From an uncultured Gammaproteobacteria bacterium (GTDB lineage Bacteria > Pseudomonadota > Gammaproteobacteria > Steroidobacterales > Steroidobacteraceae): a DNA stretch of 64,000 nucleotides. The notes beneath the pieces were generated by a model, which was given only the letters and a program-made list of their open reading frames with translations, searched no databases and was not told the origin of the DNA. The DNA lies in the NCBI GenBank assembly GCA_963798595.1, contig CAWCTM010000010.1, forward strand, positions 352 through 64,351, written 5' to 3'. The position numbers and the translations under genes are program-made. Position 1 is the first letter of the stretch. Each line of letters begins with the position of its first letter. Positions 59,619-64,000 of the stretch are shown in pieces.

Positions 59619-59900
59619 ATGAACCTTCAACAAGGCCGGGCGAATGCGAAGTTGCAATAACCGTGCTTGCGCGATCAGAAAAGTCCCGGCGAAACTCTTG
59701 CGAGCCGCCAACAAGCGGCCGCCACGCTGGAGTATCTGAGCGAGGCGGTCAGATTTAGCCTTTCTGATGTCGGGTTACTGACAAACTTTGGAGTTATCCT
59801 CCAATCGTCAGGTCAAGCAGAGAATGCGTCGGTCAGCTTTGAAAAGGCCCCCGACATCATTCCTGATCTACCGGAAAGGCCGGCCTATTCTGGCCGCCCG
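59619..59900 (+). pseudogene. TPR-protein N-terminal remnant, in frame with the following DUF3800 gene
   Basis: MNLQQGRANAKLQ-TAA(59658-59660), then AATLEYLSEAVRFSLSDVGLLTNFGVILQSSGQAENASVSFEKAPDIIPD (TPR-like). It breaks off at the DUF3800 start. Confidence 0.35.
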
Positions 59901-60659
59901 ATGCGAGGGGGGCTGATCGTGTGGGGATATTACGATGAAAGCGGCGAATACGACGGTTGCGGCAATCTCCTAACCATGACGATTGGGGGATGCTTTGCGT
60001 CGCTTGATCATTGGCTGAAATTCGACAGTGAGTGGCAACGGGCGCTTGCGGACCACGGTCTTACTTATTTCTACATGACCGAATTTGAGACGTGGAAGCC
60101 ACCATTTGATTTTGTGCTGGATGGTGGTGGGCGCGATCAGGCCAAACACCATCGGCTCCTAAACGCCCTTCTCGACATCATGCTGGCGCATGTTGACGGG
60201 TTTTACGGTTTTGGCGCTGTCTCAATGTTCGACCCGGAGAAGCCTGAACTGAGCCATCAGATTCTCATGGAAGATTGTGTTGGGGGTGCCATCAAGAACG
60301 CCATGCTAGAAGTGGCTGACTTCTACGGCGAGCCGCTCAACATTGTGTTCGGTAAGCAGAAGCATTTTGGCCAAGGCAAAATTCGCCGATACATCGAATT
60401 TTACGATTATGGAGTTGCGGAAGGCCGCATCGAGACCCTCACGACTGCCGATCCGAAGACCACGCGGCCACTTCAAGCCGCAGATATTTTCGCCTATGAA
60501 ATGGCCCGCGCGCATCGCGCCGGTCGCCCTAAGCGCTATCCGTTTCAGCGGATCATAGACGGCTGCAAGAGCAATAATCGAAAACTCATAATGGGATGGG
60601 GTCCGATTAGGTCTAAGCGCCTCGATCCTGGCGCTTCGTCCGGGCCTGTTAGCGCCTGA
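59901..60659 (+). CDS. DUF3800-domain protein
   Basis: Family pattern: VWGYYDESGEYD at the N-terminus, W..F..EW, FYMTEF, and LQAADIFAYEMAR near the C-terminus. Confidence 0.7.
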   Translation: MRGGLIVWGYYDESGEYDGCGNLLTMTIGGCFASLDHWLKFDSEWQRALADHGLTYFYMTEFETWKPPFDFVLDGGGRDQAKHHRLLNALLDIMLAHVDGFYGFGAVSMFDPEKPELSHQILMEDCVGGAIKNAMLEVADFYGEPLNIVFGKQKHFGQGKIRRYIEFYDYGVAEGRIETLTTADPKTTRPLQAADIFAYEMARAHRAGRPKRYPFQRIIDGCKSNNRKLIMGWGPIRSKRLDPGASSGPVSA

Positions 60660-61229
60660 AACCTTTTTGAACGCCTTGTCACGCGCGATTGATTCGCCGC
60701 GCAAGAACGCTGCAAAATCTCTGGCTATTTCGAGTATTTCCCTCTTTGGTAGCGGTCCCGGTATCCTCCCGTCGCGCTGGGAGTGGACCGCTCGAAAGCG
60801 GATAGGCCGATGCGGCACGAAAAAGACTGATAGCCCTTTTTCCGCAGATGATCCTTCAGCAGCTTTTCGACCAATGACGTGAGCGAGCGTATCGCGTGAA
60901 AATTCGAATCGATTAGAACTCGGCCTAAAGCTCGGCAGACTTTTGCCGGCAGTAGCGCGGCGCGGCCGTACTCAGCTCTAGCCGGCGTCGTTGGAACAGA
61001 GCGGGCAACAAATTTTCTTCAGATGACCGCTTTGGGGGCATGAACGACCGATTTGACATGGCCGCGCGACTTCCGCTTTTCACCCAAGGGCCGGCGTTCG
61101 CTTGCTCCGCACTAAGTGGAGCGCTGGGCCATAACCAAACTCGTGCCGCAACAAATTCGGAGAGATTCCATGGGGGCATTGGTCTAGTGCTGACGTTAGA
61201 TGGGTTAGTGGTGGTTTCGACTTGCGTTG

Positions 61230-61739
61230 TCAGGCGCGCAGCTCATTGAGCAGAGCCTTGGCCTCTTTTAGATCGAGCGTGTCGAAGCCTTCAGTGAACC
61301 AGCCGTAGACCGGAGCGAGAAGATTGCGGGCCTCATCCCGCTTGCCCTGATCGCGCCACAGCCGCGCCATGCTCATCGCCGAGCGCAGTTCCCAGGACTT
61401 TGACTGCTGCTCGCGCGCAACCGCGAGCGCACGCTCGAAATATGCTTCCGCTTTTGCCACATCCCGCTCTGGCGACTTAAGTGCGATTTCCCCGGCGATG
61501 CGATGCACCTCGGCCTCGCACCATTTTTCCTTCGACCTTTCTACTTTCTCTATCGCGTCGTCAATGCAACGCCGAGCATCGTCAGACTGGCCAAGTTCCG
61601 CGTAAGCCTTTGCCAAACACCACAGATGCCACGGTTCATAAAGAGCTGCTCCAGTTGATCGAAGTGAGGCGATCCCAGAGGTGATCGCCCGAACTGCATG
61701 CGACGCTTTTCCAGTTTCCGTAAAAAGCCAACCCTGCAC
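61230..61739 (-). pseudogene. C-terminal remnant of an adenylate-cyclase/ATPase/TPR-type regulator
   Basis: TPR tail only, ending ...LLAPVYGWFTEGFDTLDLKEAKALLNELRA. Same family end as 4047-4500. No upstream domains. Confidence 0.6.
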
Positions 61740-61766
61740 TGAGGTTCCGGGGTCGGCGCGGCTCCG

Positions 61767-62009
61767 GCCACTGCATCACCACTCGGCAATACGCGCGGCT
61801 CCTTTCGGAATGGATCGCCAGCATCGGGCTCGACTCAAAGCTGTTTGGCACACATTCGCTTCGGCGAACAAAGGCAACGCTAATCTACCGTCGAACTGGA
61901 AACCTACGGGCGGTACAACTCTTGCTCGGTCACACAAAAATCGAAAGCACCGTACCTCGGCATCGAGGTCGATGCCCTACTTGCGATAGCGGAACAGGTC
62001 GACGTCTGA
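61767..62009 (+). pseudogene. tyrosine recombinase (phage-type integrase) C-terminal fragment with frameshift
   Basis: TTRQYARLLSEWIASIGLDSKLFGTHSLRRTKATLIYRRTGNLRAVQLLLGHTKIESTV, then a frame change to YLGIEVDALLAIAEQVDV-stop (62007-62009). No N-terminal or core-binding part is present. Confidence 0.65.
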
Positions 62010-62222
62010 AATACCTGGGCAGAGCGGAAGTGCTCTGCCCAGCCGCTCACGGCAGAAACGGGCCAGGAACCGACATGCAGATGGTCCTACTGACCGGAAG
62101 CGGCATCAGTTTACATAAAAGGACTTGCTCGCCGTGAGAAAAGGCCACCGCCAAGGCAGTTGCCCTCGGTTAGCATAAGTGATTACCTTGATTCCGTATC
62201 TGCGTAACGGGAGGGCTAATCA

Positions 62223-62450
62223 ATGAATTGGTTAATCGTAGTTGCCGTCGTCGGACTGATGATCGCTTCCGTGCTGCCGACGTCAGCATCGGCATTATCG
62301 TGCGTCGCTCGCAGCCCAAATGGAGCGATGGGTGCCGCCCAGGGGGTACTGCTCTTCCCTGGACGGGCTAGGGCGATTGCGCTGCGGAGATGTATCCTCA
62401 ATGGAGGAAACCTCCACGGCGCTTTCTGTCATATCATCTCGTGCGCCTAA
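62223..62450 (+). CDS. small Cys-containing secreted protein
   Basis: GGGAGGG lies 7 nt upstream of the ATG. Leader MNWLIVVAVVGLMIASVLPTSASA. Four Cys residues in 51 mature residues. Confidence 0.45.
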   Translation: MNWLIVVAVVGLMIASVLPTSASALSCVARSPNGAMGAAQGVLLFPGRARAIALRRCILNGGNLHGAFCHIISCA

Positions 62451-62605
62451 TTCCTTCAGGCCTATCCATTTCAGCGTTGACCATCTTCGCTGCCTACTCG
62501 CGCGCGCGCGAGGGGCGTGGCGGTGATGATGGTGCCGGCGGCCGGCGCGAGGTAGGGGGTTGCGCGCGACGGCAATAAGTTCAATCAACTTCGTTGAGGG
62601 GATGT

Positions 62606-64000
62606 CAATGTCGAGCTCTCTCTCCCGATTTTCCGGCTGGCGCTCGCGGTCTTTATCCCTTGGCGAGGGGCTGACGGATTCGACTGGCGCGCGGGATGGC
62701 ACCCGCGCTGATGGTGTGTTGGATCGAGGGCGGCGCCGGCTTTTTCTTTTTAGCGTTTTGGCGCGGCGGCGCCGTCGAGCTACCGGGTCGATCGCGGCCG
62801 GCACCTGGCGTCGTCGACCTTCGGCGGGGTGGGTCAATGTCGAGCTCTCTCTCCCGATTTTCCGGCTGGCGCTCGCGGTCTTTATCCCTTGGCGAGGGGC
62901 TGACGGATTCGACCGGCGCGCGGGATGGCACCCGCGCTGATGGTGTGTTGGATCGAGGGCGGCGCCGGCTTTTTTCTTTTTAGCGTTTTGCCCGGCGGCG
63001 CCGTCGAGCTACCGGGTCGATCGCGGCCGGCACCTGGCGTCGTCGACCTTCGCCGGGGGGCTCAATGTCGAGCTCTCTCTCCCGATTTTCCGGCTGGCGC
63101 TCGCGGTCTTTATCCCTTGGCGAGGGGCTGACGGATTCGACCGGCGCGCGGGATGGCACCCGCGCTGATGGTGTGTTGGATCGAGGGCGGCGCCGGCTTT
63201 TTTCTTTTTAGCGTTTTGCGCGGCGGCGCCGTCGAGCTACCGGGTCGATCGCGGCCGGCACCTGGCGTCGTCGACCTTCGCCGGGGGGCTCAATGTCGAG
63301 CTCTCTCTCCCGATTTTCCGGCTGGCGCTCGCGGTCTTTATCCCTTGGCGAGGGGCTGACGGATTCGACCGGCGCGCGGGATGGCACCCGCGCTGATGGT
63401 GTGTTGGATCGAGGGCGGCGCCGGCTTTTTTCTTTTTAGCGTTTTGCGCGGCGGCGCCGTCGAGCTACCGGGTCGATCGCGGCCGGCACCTGGCGTCGTC
63501 GACCTTCGCCGGGGGGCTCAATGTCGAGCTCTCTCTCCCGATTTTCCGGCTGGCGCTCGCGGTCTTTATCCCTTGGCGAGGGGCTGACGGATTCGACCGG
63601 CGCGCGGGATGGCACCCGCGCTGATGGTGTGTTGGATCGAGGGCGGCGCCGGCTTTTTTCTTTTTAGCGTTTTGCTTGGCGGCGCCGTCGAGCTACCGGG
63701 TCGATCGCGGCCGGCACCTGGCGTCGTCGACCTTCGCCGGGGGGCTCAATGTCGAGCTCTCTCTCCCGATTTTCCGGCTGGCGCTCGCGGTCTTTATCCC
63801 TTGGCGAGGGGCTGACGGATTCGACCGGCGCGCGGGATGGCACCCGCGCTGATGGTGTGTTGGATCGAGGGCGGCGCCGGCTTTTTTCTTTTTAGCGTTT
63901 TGCTTGGCGGCGCCGTCGAGCTACCGGGTCGATCGCGGCCGGCACCTGGCGTCGTCGACCTTCGCCGGGGTGGCTCAATGTCGAGCTCTCTCTCCCGATT
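62606..64000. repeat. tandem array of a 228/229-bp unit, 6 complete copies plus a partial one, continuing beyond the window
   Basis: The anchor CAATGTCGAGCTC occurs at 62606, 62835, 63063, 63291, 63519, 63747 and 63976. Units differ by only a few substitutions and a T5/T6 run. Confidence 0.95.

Noticed and set aside
60306-60818. 170-aa minus-strand ORF overlapping the 3' end of the DUF3800 gene.
   Set aside because: It is mostly antisense to the DUF3800 frame. The non-overlapping part (60660-60818) has no recognisable similarity.
62295-62837. 180-aa highly charged minus-strand ORF starting in the first repeat units.
   Set aside because: It is open only because unit 1 has a T5 instead of a T6 run. 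All later units carry TAA in this frame. Its 3' part overlaps the better-supported plus-strand gene 62223-62450.
62696-63815. Reiterated 68-aa plus-strand ORFs (MAPALMVCWIEGGAGFF...), one per tandem-repeat unit.
   Set aside because: They are a by-product of the repeat. No Shine-Dalgarno sequence precedes the ATG (GCGCGCGGGATG). The sequence is low-complexity and GC-driven, and the ORF is closed every unit. I cannot exclude a tiny gene, but nothing supports one.
62606-64000. CRISPR array.
   Set aside because: The units are contiguous 228/229-bp copies with no unique spacers, and no cas genes are in the window.

Overview
This is a GC-rich segment with alphaproteobacterial gene content. The paralogue families (Omp25/31-like porins, DUF992, PF13557-type outer-membrane transporters, HdeA-like proteins, FixJ-type regulators) point to Bradyrhizobiaceae/Nitrobacteraceae; this is inference from family recognition, and no search was run. 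The window mostly encodes envelope and secreted proteins. It carries three type I sulfatases with one intact and one decayed formylglycine-generating enzyme. Signalling genes include two paralogous histidine-kinase/FixJ-type/single-REC sets and a Cache-type cyclase coupled to a UrtA-like binding protein. Three IS elements are present: a partial IS110, an IS5/IS1182-type element and a defective IS3. About 23 loci are frameshifted, nonsense-interrupted or truncated, against roughly 45 apparently intact CDS. Many decayed genes have an intact or also-decayed paralogue elsewhere in the window. The most unusual signals are these. (1) A near-identical 228/229-bp tandem array from 62606 to the right edge is closed in all six reading frames. 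(2) An 18-bp palindrome, ATTGGAC-N4-GTCCAAT, recurs 6-7 times, all copies intergenic and several directly upstream of envelope-protein genes. (3) A ~330-bp repeated non-coding element (two full copies, one partial) lies next to L,D-transpeptidase genes, and one copy ends in a minus-strand intrinsic terminator. (4) A DUF3300 protein carries a C-terminal phage-tailspike-type (S74) intramolecular chaperone domain. All domain assignments are motif recognition by eye. Indel-type lesions could partly be assembly errors; the in-frame stop codons cannot.
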